Shown here: piece after piece, positions 34,185 to 41,983 of the stretch
Layout: each line of letters begins with the position of its first letter
Position numbering within the stretch: position 1 is the stretch's first letter
IMG/VR virus record: IMGVR_UViG_3300011444_000006
Span: 1-43,495 of that record
DNA from: a virus
Lineage: Duplodnaviria; Caudoviricetes
Direction: 5' to 3' (one strand)
DNA: 43,495 bases
Position numbers and translations under genes: made by a program
The notes under the pieces: model-generated
What the model saw: only the letters and a program-made list of their open reading frames with translations
What the model was told of the DNA's origin: nothing
Databases searched by the model: none

Positions 34185-34648
34185 GCGAGCGCGTTTCAAA
34201 CGAAGTACTGAAAATGGCGAAGCAGCACACGACTTTCCCCTATAACCACATCATTGACGAACTGATCGAGCGCCGGGCAGCGGAGAAGGCGCAGGAGCCG
34301 GTGGCGTGGACTGTGATGATTGACGCCTTGAATGAGGCTCTGCGCTGCGGGTATCTATTTGGCGAACACAACGAGCCAGTTGACGCATACGGCAAACGTC
34401 TAATCCGCGTGATTATCGTTGCTATGGAAGGTCAGATGGCTAGCTCGCCAGTCGCGCAGGACAGCGAGACTGTGCGCGATGCGGCGCGGTATCGCGCAAT
34501 TTGCGACCCATCGCTCGCAAGAGGCGATGCACATGGTTCAGTTATTTGCGCTATGTGGCAAACCATCAATGCTCTCGAATCTACAAAGACCGATATTGAC
34601 GCCGCAATCGACGCCGCGCTCGCCGCCTCCAAGGAGCAGCCGAAGTGA
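34181..34648 (+). CDS. Modular hypothetical protein, 155 aa
   Basis: QEPVAW and RDAARYR...DIDAAIDAAL modules. Confidence 0.7.
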   Translation: MSERVSNEVLKMAKQHTTFPYNHIIDELIERRAAEKAQEPVAWTVMIDALNEALRCGYLFGEHNEPVDAYGKRLIRVIIVAMEGQMASSPVAQDSETVRDAARYRAICDPSLARGDAHGSVICAMWQTINALESTKTDIDAAIDAALAASKEQPK

Positions 34649-34944
34649 CCCTCCCCGCCCACGAGCTTGGCTCGATGCTCACCCTCCACGAGGCCGCGGC
34701 CGGAGCCGGCGGCAAGCTGTCGATCCCGGAGAAGTTCGAGATCAGCATTCCGGTGTTCAAGGGGCTGGATTCCAAGCGCTACACGATCGAGGCGCGCTTC
34801 CGTTACCGCCTGTCGAGCGGCACGCTGACGCTGCGCTACGACCTGGTGAGGCCGGCCCGCGTCGTCGAGAATGCCTTTAAGTCAATGCTGGCAGAGATCC
34901 AGAAGGCGAGCAAAACAGTCGTGCTTTTTGGCCAACCGGAGTAG
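34645..34944 (+). pseudogene. C-terminal fragment of a DUF2303 (YfdQ-like) protein, 99 aa
   Basis: IPEKFEISIPVFKG...IEARFRYRL..G.L.L.YDL.RP..V.E.AF is the DUF2303 C-terminus. The N-terminal part is missing. Confidence 0.65.
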
Positions 34945-34949
34945 ATGCC

Positions 34950-35231
34950 ATGATCGTACCAAAGGAAGGCCCATCCATCGATGTTGTCATGACGCCGACC
35001 GATTCATCGATGATCCATAGCTACGGCTACGACGCCGCCACCAAGACGCTCTACGTCCGCTTCATCCGCGGCATGAAGCTCTACAGTTATGCCAACTTCC
35101 CCGAGGACCTGTATCAGACGATGCGCCAGGCGGTGTCGGCCGGAAAGTTCTTCAACCAGCGAGTCGTCAAGGTCTACACCGGCGTATTCGTTCCTGAAAT
35201 GCCATTTTCCGTTTGTTGGCTGGTGTACTGA
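34950..35231 (+). CDS. KTSC-domain protein, 93 aa
   Basis: SSMIHSYGYDAATKTLYVRF..G.LYSY..FP...Y......SAGKFFN..V. Confidence 0.88.
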   Translation: MIVPKEGPSIDVVMTPTDSSMIHSYGYDAATKTLYVRFIRGMKLYSYANFPEDLYQTMRQAVSAGKFFNQRVVKVYTGVFVPEMPFSVCWLVY

Positions 35232-35316
35232 CGGGAAATGGCACGCTGCCGTTAGCGGCGACACATGGAATGAGCCTCCGACGCACTGGATGCCTCTACC
35301 GGAGCCGCCGAAGTGA
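35190..35316 (+). pseudogene. DUF551-like C-terminal remnant (start approximate)
   Basis: GWCTDGKW...PPTHWMPLPEPPK in a frame overlapping the KTSC 3' end, with no credible start. Confidence 0.6.
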
Positions 35317-35528
35317 CCGCATCCTTTGAACTGGACGACGAATACTGCGAACAGTGCGGGCAGTCATACAACGTTTGCCGATGCGACGATGGCCGGTGCC
35401 CGCTCTGTGGAGGCACAGGGAGAGTTACAACACTGGACTACGAATCCTATCTTGGGGCAAATTACAAGCTCTGCCCTGAGTGCGGCGGAGATCCGATGGC
35501 AATTATTGGGGAGCCACCGCTGTCATGA
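35313..35528 (+). CDS. Cys-rich zinc-finger protein, 71 aa
   Basis: CEQCG, CPLCGGTG and CPECGG. Confidence 0.65.
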   Translation: MTASFELDDEYCEQCGQSYNVCRCDDGRCPLCGGTGRVTTLDYESYLGANYKLCPECGGDPMAIIGEPPLS

Positions 35529-35588
35529 CCGCCGCCGTGCCGAGCGCCGCGCGCAGGGAGCAGTGGCTTTACTTTGGTAGAATTGGCA

Positions 35589-35801
35589 ATGAACGAACGC
35601 CGCGCCGCTATGGTTGAAGATTCCCTGCTGCGCACCGTGCTCCTGATGTGCGGCCCGAGCGAGCGCCTGCGCGGAATTCGGGAGGCAATCGAGATGTACC
35701 TTGACGAGCAGAATTGCGGATTGCGAAATGGGAAACCGGATGGTGGTGTCGTTTCACGGAAACCTGTCAAGCGATATTTTAAGGGCGTGCTTCATAGGTA
35801 A
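35589..35801 (+). CDS. Hypothetical protein, about 70 aa
   Basis: Co-oriented ORF. Start uncertain. Confidence 0.4.
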   Translation: MNERRAAMVEDSLLRTVLLMCGPSERLRGIREAIEMYLDEQNCGLRNGKPDGGVVSRKPVKRYFKGVLHR

Positions 35802-35971
35802 AAGGCGTTCCGGATAGCGGTATGCCCATCCACAGGAAAACAGCGTGATAAAGTTGCCACCATATAGCCTTTCTTCGCTTTGCTGCGAAAAGGCTGGACG
35901 ATGGGGCAATAGCTCTCAATGCCCCATACCCTGTTCTCTCAATGTGTTGCTAACCAGACCGAAGGAAAAAA

Positions 35972-36154
35972 ATGAGCAAACTTGCAAAGATGCAATACTG
36001 CGAATACTGCGGCGACGAATTGGGCGTGTATGTCAAATTCGGACGAGACATTGATACCTGCGGAAAGCGCGAGTGCGAACGATATGCACGTGACGTACAA
36101 GTGCAAGAACGCGACGAAGCGCACGAGCAGCTTGACCGAGATATGGGATGGTAG
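35972..36154 (+). CDS. Small Zn-binding protein, 60 aa
   Basis: AAGGA SD. CEYCG...TCGKREC. Confidence 0.7.
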   Translation: MSKLAKMQYCEYCGDELGVYVKFGRDIDTCGKRECERYARDVQVQERDEAHEQLDRDMGW

Positions 36155-36451
36155 GGCGAGTCTATGGGCAGAGGAATGGACGAAACGATCATCGGGTGGA
36201 AATCCAGCCTGCACAGTGGGCTGTAACTCGTGGGTGCGCTACCGGTTTCCTACGCGCATCCCCTGAGTCCGGCAGTGTTGAGGAGCAACGGCGCTTTCAA
36301 ATCCGGGCGGCCGTGACTTGGCGGTGGAGAGTAACCGCCACTTCGCAGCCCGCAGGCGCGCATCCAGCTGAGGCCGCGAATTCGCCGCCGAGGTAGCGCG
36401 GGCGAGCCAGCTTGACACGGAATTTCAGCGTGGTAGGCGTATAGTGTGTTT

Positions 36452-36555
36452 GGTGATGCGGCGCGCACGCGGCGCGAGGTCAGCTTGGTCGCATAATTGG
36501 GATGCGAGAAGTGGCTGATCCGGCCAACCGTCCAGTGAAAATCTGGACACCACCA
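36452..36555 (+). ncRNA. Candidate tRNA-like structured RNA (not a canonical tRNA)
   Basis: TATAGT 6 nt upstream. Acceptor-like GGTGATG/CACCACC-A, T-arm-like TCCAG-TGAAAAT-CTGGA, and internal hairpins. Confidence 0.35.
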
Positions 36556-36614
36556 ACCGCATTGTCAACCCTACGCCAATATCCAATAGCGTAAGGTTGC
36601 TCAGGCGAGCGCGC

Positions 36615-36643
36615 TTGACAGAGGGAATAATTCTCGGAATAAT
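36615..36643 (+). promoter_or_regulatory. Sigma70 promoter with no downstream ORF
   Basis: TTGACA-17-AATAAT. A GGAATAATT direct repeat overlaps the spacer and -10. Confidence 0.65.
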
Positions 36644-36649
36644 TGGCCT

Positions 36650-36875
36650 ACGGGTTAGTTCAGCCTTCAGCCATTCAGCCGTTAGCACTTAGACATTATC
36701 ATTAACCCGCAGAGAGAGTATTAGGCTGGTGACGACCAGCGGGACGCGATGACTGATCATCAGGCGCGTCCAAGAATACATGAAGGGGGCCGCCAGTTGT
36801 GAATCCATAAATGGAACTGGAACAACGGCCCCCAATCCGAAGGGCTGGCGCTGCGTTTTGCAGATAGCCGGCCCA
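36650..36875 (+). ncRNA. Candidate multi-hairpin non-coding RNA
   Basis: Consecutive stems at 36651-36709, 36725-36740, 36742-36771, 36785-36833 and 36842-36874. The first loop holds 3 x TTCAGCC. Confidence 0.45.
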
Positions 36876-36899
36876 CCTTGAGCGCGCTGCGGCAGGCAT

Positions 36900-36924
36900 C
36901 AAAACGCATCCCCCGACAGGGGGA
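36900..36924 (-). terminator. Probable terminator ending the late operon
   Basis: TCCCCC-TGTC-GGGGGA-TGCGTTTT just after the endolysin stop. The U-tract is imperfect. Confidence 0.5.
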
Positions 36925-36926
36925 AA

Positions 36927-37400
36927 TCAGGCGAGCATCACCAAGTCCCAAGCCTTCACGTAAAAGGCATCCCAGGTCTTGCGATAAGGCTTTCCCGGCC
37001 TCCAAGCTTCGACGTACTGCTCCCAGGCTTCTTCAGTTTCCCCGCGCCCTGGTAGCGCCTGCGGCACCGTCCACAGCAGGCAGCGCATGTATGCAAGGCA
37101 AAGCACGTCGTTGTGCTCAATGGCCGTGAAGCTGGTTTCAGGCGCGTAGTCGTAATCCAGCCGGTCCAGGACTCCACGGATCAGCGGCCCGCTGGCTTTG
37201 TGATTCAGAACGCCACGGATGCCGCCGAACTCGAATTGTGCGAAGCCATGCGCCGGTCCGCCGATCTGCCTGCGCTCGTCCCACCGCGACTCCTGCATCG
37301 GGATTGCGAATATCATGGCCTTGGCCTCGATGGTATCGAGCTTAGGCGGCAGGAGGCTTGCTGTCGCTTTATAAACCGCGCCGAATGCCGTGAAACTCAT
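36927..37400 (-). CDS. Putative endolysin (lysozyme-like fold), 157 aa
   Basis: AIPMQES..RRQIGGPAHGFAQFE, EHNDVL and Y..AWRPGKP. It is the only enzyme-like ORF in the lysis region. Confidence 0.6.
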   Translation of the reverse strand: MSFTAFGAVYKATASLLPPKLDTIEAKAMIFAIPMQESRWDERRQIGGPAHGFAQFEFGGIRGVLNHKASGPLIRGVLDRLDYDYAPETSFTAIEHNDVLCLAYMRCLLWTVPQALPGRGETEEAWEQYVEAWRPGKPYRKTWDAFYVKAWDLVMLA

Positions 37401-37579
37401 TTTCTCGCCTCATCCCGTATCGCTTGAGCAATCGCCCCGCGGCACCCGGCCTCGGTCACAAGACGGGTATGCCGGTTCTCGGGGGACTCACGCTCCGGGT
37501 GCTCTAGCGTCAGTGGGGTAGTCTCCGCAATCCGGGCGCAGCGCTCCCATACTGGCGCTGTTTCGTCTACCGGATTCAC
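37397..37579 (-). CDS. Hypothetical protein, about 60 aa
   Basis: GTGA/ATGA overlaps. ERCARIAE...IAQAIR motif. Confidence 0.5.
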   Translation of the reverse strand: MNPVDETAPVWERCARIAETTPLTLEHPERESPENRHTRLVTEAGCRGAIAQAIRDEARK

Positions 37580-37696
37580 GCCAGCCGCGCCTCTTCCGCC
37601 TGCCAGAACGCCGGATTCCAGAACCGCAGCCACGTCCAGGTCCACAGGAGGATCAGCGGGACCGGGACGGGGACTGCTGGAACTAGGTGGAGCACG

Positions 37697-37885
37697 TCAG
37701 GCCCTTGCCTTGGCGATCGCGGCGACGAGCGCGGCGCGCGCCAGATCATCGGCCTGCGCCAATGCGTCAAGTTCTTCCACGGAAATGTCGCGCTTTTCGG
37801 CCTGTGCCTTGCCGAGCAAAGCGGAGATTGACGAGGCCCGGTCAAGCAGGCCGAGCAGCAGTTCGATAGCGGCAGCAGCACCCAT
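37697..37885 (-). CDS. Small helical protein, probable partner of the lipoprotein, 62 aa
   Basis: AAGGAG SD and amphipathic N-terminus. Confidence 0.65.
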   Translation of the reverse strand: MGAAAAIELLLGLLDRASSISALLGKAQAEKRDISVEELDALAQADDLARAALVAAIAKARA

Positions 37886-37886
37886 G

Positions 37887-38399
37887 TTATTTGCTCCTTA
37901 AAAAGTTTTGTTGACGTTGATATGTGTTGATACAGGCCGAATGAAAATAACGCCCACTAATCTTGGCTTTGCTGTGCGTCATGGCCCATATAGCATCATA
38001 TTGTTTGCAATACCCACACCTTCTAAAATCAGGATTCCCACACGCAGCGATAGCCTTCGTCCGTAGATGTAGCAGTTTGTGATATGCCTTATCTGGGCAG
38101 ATGACTAAGTTGCTAGGGGAATTATCTAGCCTGTTTTCGTTGACGTGATGCACCTCGGCTCCTAGAGGAAGCCGATGCCCTAACGCTTTTTCAGCTATCA
38201 GCACGTGTTCAAATCGTTTTACCCCATCGAGCGTTGTTAGCATGAGATATCCATCGGAAGTGATGCTTCCAGTTCCATCAGGACGCTTTATGCTTACGGC
38301 CAATGGATCACCATGATTTACCAACCCATCATAGTGTTTCTTGCAAAAACCACGTGCCCTATGAATCTTGTCGCACCCATCAATGCTACACGTTTTCAT
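37887..38399 (-). CDS. HNH homing endonuclease, 170 aa
   Basis: CSIDGC...ARGFCKKHY, EHVLIAEKALG and VHHVNENRLDN...NLVIC...YHKLLH. AT-richer than flanks. Confidence 0.9.
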   Translation of the reverse strand: MKTCSIDGCDKIHRARGFCKKHYDGLVNHGDPLAVSIKRPDGTGSITSDGYLMLTTLDGVKRFEHVLIAEKALGHRLPLGAEVHHVNENRLDNSPSNLVICPDKAYHKLLHLRTKAIAACGNPDFRRCGYCKQYDAIWAMTHSKAKISGRYFHSACINTYQRQQNFLRSK

Positions 38400-38737
38400 T
38401 TCTGGCGCGTAGCCAAATAAGTTGAAAGGGCCGACAGCACGGTATGGATAGCGGTCAACTTCTGATCCGCCGCCGTGAGGTTTGTACCGGAAAGGGTGCG
38501 CGCCACGTCAAGCCCGGCCCGGGCGGTGTCCGTCGTTTTCAGCACGTTGTCGGCATCGTCCGCGCTGATCTGCTTCGCTGTGAGCAGCGTCGTCGCCGTC
38601 TGCCGAACCGTGGTTACGGTGCCGTATCCGACGGCCAGCCGTTCGTTAAAGGTCGTTGCTGTCGGCACGCCCAACTGCGCGCAGGCCGAGAGCATTGCGA
38701 CCATCGTAATTGCCCATAGTGCATTTCGTAGCTTCAT
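38396..38737 (-). CDS. Lipoprotein (possible spanin-like component), 113 aa
   Basis: MKLR, then an h-region and an LSAC lipobox. AAGGAG SD. Confidence 0.75.
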   Translation of the reverse strand: MKLRNALWAITMVAMLSACAQLGVPTATTFNERLAVGYGTVTTVRQTATTLLTAKQISADDADNVLKTTDTARAGLDVARTLSGTNLTAADQKLTAIHTVLSALSTYLATRQK

Positions 38738-39105
38738 GGTATCTCCTTCGTTGGTGTTTCAGTGTTATCCGCCGAAATCGGTGCCGCTGGCGCCGGCGGA
38801 AGTGGCGCTACGGCTGCTCCCTTGGCTATCTCCTGAATCGCGCTTGACGTTCGCGCCTGTTGCACTACGGCGGCTTTCTGCGCTTGTTTGTCCGCCTTCG
38901 ATCCATCGTAGTAAAATTTTCCAATCCCGAGCTGGATTGCGGACATGAGCGATACCAGCGTGTTCACGATCTGCTGGTTCGGCTCTGGAATCGATAGGCA
39001 CATCGTCGCGCCGACCATCGACAGATAGCCAAGCGTGTAGATGGTGGCCAGCACATCGGCTGCCTCCCACCGTGGATCAAGGTCGGTGCTGCGCTGCTCG
39101 GTCAC
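38734..39105 (-). CDS. Holin-like 2-TM protein, 123 aa
   Basis: GTG start overlaps the upstream TGA. TM-IPEPN-TM-FYYDGS pattern. Confidence 0.6.
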   Translation of the reverse strand: MTEQRSTDLDPRWEAADVLATIYTLGYLSMVGATMCLSIPEPNQQIVNTLVSLMSAIQLGIGKFYYDGSKADKQAQKAAVVQQARTSSAIQEIAKGAAVAPLPPAPAAPISADNTETPTKEIP

Positions 39106-39245
39106 AACCCGCGCCCCTGCAACAGCCTGATGATCACCACGATCAGCACGATCACCAGCAGGAGGTGGACCGCCCCGCCGCCGACGTTCAGCGCGAAGCC
39201 GCCGAGCCACAGGACCAGCAGTATGACGATCAGCAGTTCGAGCAT
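39102..39245 (-). CDS. lmo0937/DUF5670-like small membrane protein, 47 aa
   Basis: MLELLIVILLVLWLGGFALNVGGGAVHLLLVIVLIVVIIRLLQGRGL. Below the ORF-track cutoff. Confidence 0.75.
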   Translation of the reverse strand: MLELLIVILLVLWLGGFALNVGGGAVHLLLVIVLIVVIIRLLQGRGL

Positions 39246-39249
39246 GGCA

Positions 39250-39417
39250 TCACTTTATCGGAGCACCAAACGCATGCCAGCCGAGCGCAACGATAAGGGC
39301 GAACAGCAGCAGGTTTGGAAAGCGAGTAGGCCAAGGCGCCGGTGCAGCGTTCCAGCCAATTCCATACGCGACCACCCAAAGCAAGATAAGTATCCAAAAT
39401 AATAGCCCGAGACTCAT
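39250..39417 (-). CDS. Small 2-TM membrane protein, 55 aa
   Basis: AAGGAG SD. MSLGLLFWILILLWVVAYG...NLLLFALIVALGWHAFGAPIK. Confidence 0.75.
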   Translation of the reverse strand: MSLGLLFWILILLWVVAYGIGWNAAPAPWPTRFPNLLLFALIVALGWHAFGAPIK

Positions 39418-39438
39418 GATATTTCTCCTTTCGTTAAA

Positions 39439-39633
39439 CTACGGCGTTCGCCCCTTCAGCAGGCATCGAACCTTCGAGCGTTCCATTTTCAGCGTTTCAA
39501 CCTCGGCCTCCAACTCCTTCACCCGCGCCCGCAACCGCTTGAACTCGGCCTCGCGTTCGCGCATGGTCTTTCGTACTTGCGCCGCATTAATCCCGGCTTT
39601 TAGTGTTGGCAGGGTCGGCGTCGTATGGCGCAT
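39439..39633 (-). CDS. Basic coiled-coil protein, 64 aa
   Basis: EFKRLRARVKELEAEVETLK, co-oriented. Confidence 0.5.
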   Translation of the reverse strand: MRHTTPTLPTLKAGINAAQVRKTMREREAEFKRLRARVKELEAEVETLKMERSKVRCLLKGRTP

Positions 39634-39776
39634 TTCACGGCCCGCAGTACGAATACCTGTACTGATAGATGTTCAATATCCACCACGACAGCAGAAAGAT
39701 CACCGTTCCCATCGAGCCGAACATCACGGATTGCCAGGTCGGTTTGCAGGGGTTTCGAAGGCGAGCGAGTATCCAT
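39600..39776 (-). CDS. Hypothetical protein, 58 aa
   Basis: ATG 1 nt after the upstream stop. Fills the gap. Confidence 0.35.
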   Translation of the reverse strand: MDTRSPSKPLQTDLAIRDVRLDGNGDLSAVVVDIEHLSVQVFVLRAVKCAIRRRPCQH

Positions 39777-39777
39777 T

Positions 39778-40197
39778 TCATTTGGCCTGCACCGCTTGAC
39801 TCGGTGCCGGATTAAACGTCTTGTCGATGATGAATAGCGCAACCGGAATGAGTGCCGAAAGCACGAGAATCAACATCAGGCCCATCCAGGAGAGCCTACG
39901 CACGGTGTCGAGCTTTTCAAGGTGCGGCTTCAAATCTGCCTTTTCGTCGATTTCGTGCTTGTCGATCCGCTCGTTGACCTCTACACGCACCTTCCGCACG
40001 TCGTCTTTTACCTCTTTCACCGCCCCGTCGATCTGATCGAACCGCTGTTTGTTCATTTCGCCGTGACCTGTAACCTGCTCCTGCAACCTGACTATTTCTG
40101 TCGCAGTCCGCACGTCCTTGTCGATCGCAGCCCGCCGCCGGTCGGCCTCGGCGTCACGCTCATACGCGCGCAGGCGGTCATCTTCGGAGTCGGACAT
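39778..40197 (-). CDS. Coiled-coil protein with C-terminal TM (holin/XhlA-like architecture), 139 aa
   Basis: Charged coil, then LSWMGLMLILVLSALIPVALFII. First gene after the tail module. Confidence 0.65.
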   Translation of the reverse strand: MSDSEDDRLRAYERDAEADRRRAAIDKDVRTATEIVRLQEQVTGHGEMNKQRFDQIDGAVKEVKDDVRKVRVEVNERIDKHEIDEKADLKPHLEKLDTVRRLSWMGLMLILVLSALIPVALFIIDKTFNPAPSQAVQAK

Positions 40198-40206
40198 CCT
40201 TCCCTC

Positions 40207-41976
40207 CTACTGCCACACCATCGCCGTCAACGTCGTCGATGCGGCGTAGATCGTACACGTGCCCCCGGTCACGGCTCTTGCGAGCAGGGTAATGTAGTGG
40301 TTGTTCTCGGTGAGCCCGACCTTCGCGCCCGTTACCGTCACAGTCTGCCGGCCGCCAGTGACACCAGCCGGATTCACAAATCCGGCGACTTCGGCCTCTG
40401 CGGTAGTCCCGTCGAAGGCTACGGCGAACTCGCAACCGTCGCTCGCCGTGCCGTTGCCAACGCCAACGGTTGCCGAGTAGCGCACCCTGCGTCCGGTATC
40501 TCCGAGGTTCACGAGGGTCTGGCTTACCCCGTTGATGAACACGAAATTGCAGCGTATTTCCGAATTGACTTCGACAAAGGTAAGGCTGGTTACGGTGCGA
40601 TCCGTGCTGAAAACGGTCTGACATTTCTTGTCGATTGGGCTGAAGTACGACGCAACGAGCCTGTTTGTCGCCGTGTCCTGATAGCCTGTGCCGGTCAGAT
40701 ACCTTGCGACCCCGATAACAGTGTAATCGTGCCCAGTGGCTTCGCGCTCCGTCGCGGTGACTGGGTTGGATTCACGACCTCCTGCAATGTTGGCAGAACT
40801 AAGGGCGGTGTAGTTGAACGCCTGCCCGCTCACGGCCTGCAATATCGTGTCTGCGGCAACGAACGAGGAAGGCGGGCCGACATTGGATATGCCGCCGCCT
40901 ACACCGTCGTCAATGCTCTGGTGCAGTTCGATGTGGGTAGCGTCGATCAGTTTCCCGATCCACTTCCCTTCTATGACAGTCCCGCCGTTCGACTGGACGT
41001 TGTGGACTTCGATGGTATTGCCAGAAGCGAACGCCAACGTGGTTCCGACTGTCAGCACGACGTAGTTTCCTGCGCCATAAGCAACGCCATTCGGCGCTGT
41101 TCCGCCGCCGTAGGCCGCGCCTGCCGCAATAGCAGTGACCGAGCCGCCTGTGATATTGCGGACAACGATCAAGTCGGTTGTGGATGCACCAAGCTGATTC
41201 TCCCGAAACACGCATTGAATCGGCAGAAGGGTAAGCTGGAACCCGCCGTTGGAGTTGGCGACGAATCCCCTGCCGTTGTTTGGACAGAACGCCAGCGCCC
41301 CGATCCTGCTGCCAGCCGTCCACCACGAAGGGTCCGCCGTCACCTGGAACAAACGGCCCTGCCCGTGCGAGTTCAGTTGCCCCATGCCCATTAGTTCGGC
41401 AAACGCAGGCGTGGCTTCGCGGGTCAGCCATGAGGTTCCATTCCAGAAGAAAGAAACGACATTCGGGACGCTGTACGGATATACGAGTTCGCCGTTGGCG
41501 ATGTCGTAGCCAGTCTGAGCGAAGGCCGTGATCTTGTCCACGAGCAGCAAGCCGCTTAGACCGACGCGCAGGTAGTTCGTAGGCCCAGGAGCGCCCATGA
41601 CAAAGTGAATATCGCACTGCGCTTCCCTGTTCGTAAATCCCGCTGCCCCGCTGTTACCGGGCACAGGCCCGAAACCTGCTGCCAGGAGTTCGGCCACTGT
41701 CGGCAAGGTGTACTTTATCCCCTTCGTGCTAAGGCTGCCGTCGGAGTTGCGCACCTGGCTCGTGCTGAACACATGGCCGCACTGATCCGGCGTGATGTGC
41801 CACGTTGGCGGATTACTGCCGCACACATCCCCCAATGCCTGCCCTGCAACGGTGCAGGGAGACTTGCGGGCAAAGCCCCACGTTGGCCGCATCATTGACG
41901 GATAGACCTGTGGCACCTGCGGCAAGGCGTCCAGGGAGATGCATGCGAGGAGGAGGGCAGCAAGAAGTTTTTTCAT
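40207..41976 (-). CDS. Tail fibre/RBP candidate with signal-peptide-like N-terminus, 589 aa
   Basis: MKKLLAALLLACISLDALPQ start and a Gly/Thr/Ala/Val-rich beta body. Follows the tailspike anchor gene. Confidence 0.6.
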   Translation of the reverse strand: MKKLLAALLLACISLDALPQVPQVYPSMMRPTWGFARKSPCTVAGQALGDVCGSNPPTWHITPDQCGHVFSTSQVRNSDGSLSTKGIKYTLPTVAELLAAGFGPVPGNSGAAGFTNREAQCDIHFVMGAPGPTNYLRVGLSGLLLVDKITAFAQTGYDIANGELVYPYSVPNVVSFFWNGTSWLTREATPAFAELMGMGQLNSHGQGRLFQVTADPSWWTAGSRIGALAFCPNNGRGFVANSNGGFQLTLLPIQCVFRENQLGASTTDLIVVRNITGGSVTAIAAGAAYGGGTAPNGVAYGAGNYVVLTVGTTLAFASGNTIEVHNVQSNGGTVIEGKWIGKLIDATHIELHQSIDDGVGGGISNVGPPSSFVAADTILQAVSGQAFNYTALSSANIAGGRESNPVTATEREATGHDYTVIGVARYLTGTGYQDTATNRLVASYFSPIDKKCQTVFSTDRTVTSLTFVEVNSEIRCNFVFINGVSQTLVNLGDTGRRVRYSATVGVGNGTASDGCEFAVAFDGTTAEAEVAGFVNPAGVTGGRQTVTVTGAKVGLTENNHYITLLARAVTGGTCTIYAASTTLTAMVWQ

Positions 41977-41983
41977 GTGTGTC

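Noticed and set aside
36290-36315. Canonical tRNA suggested by TTCAAATCC
   Set aside because: No flanking T-stem, acceptor stem or anticodon arm.
36425-36688. 87-aa minus-strand ORF MLTAEWLKAEL...
   Set aside because: No SD, it lies beyond the late terminator, it crosses promoter elements, and its N-terminus merely reflects the TTCAGCC repeats.
36650-36720. Retron msr-like look (TTAGC...ATCATTAA within inverted repeats) or a DGR
   Set aside because: No reverse transcriptase in the closed genome, and no TR/VR pair was seen.
36742-36771. Hammerhead ribozyme (CTGATGA on the minus strand)
   Set aside because: No correctly placed GAAA and stem II/III arrangement.
39922-41394. 490-aa plus-strand ORF and other long antisense ORFs (e.g. 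2328-3101, 10157-10996, 12023-12772, 18038-18781)
   Set aside because: These are shadows of well-supported minus-strand genes in GC-rich DNA, with no motifs or RBS.
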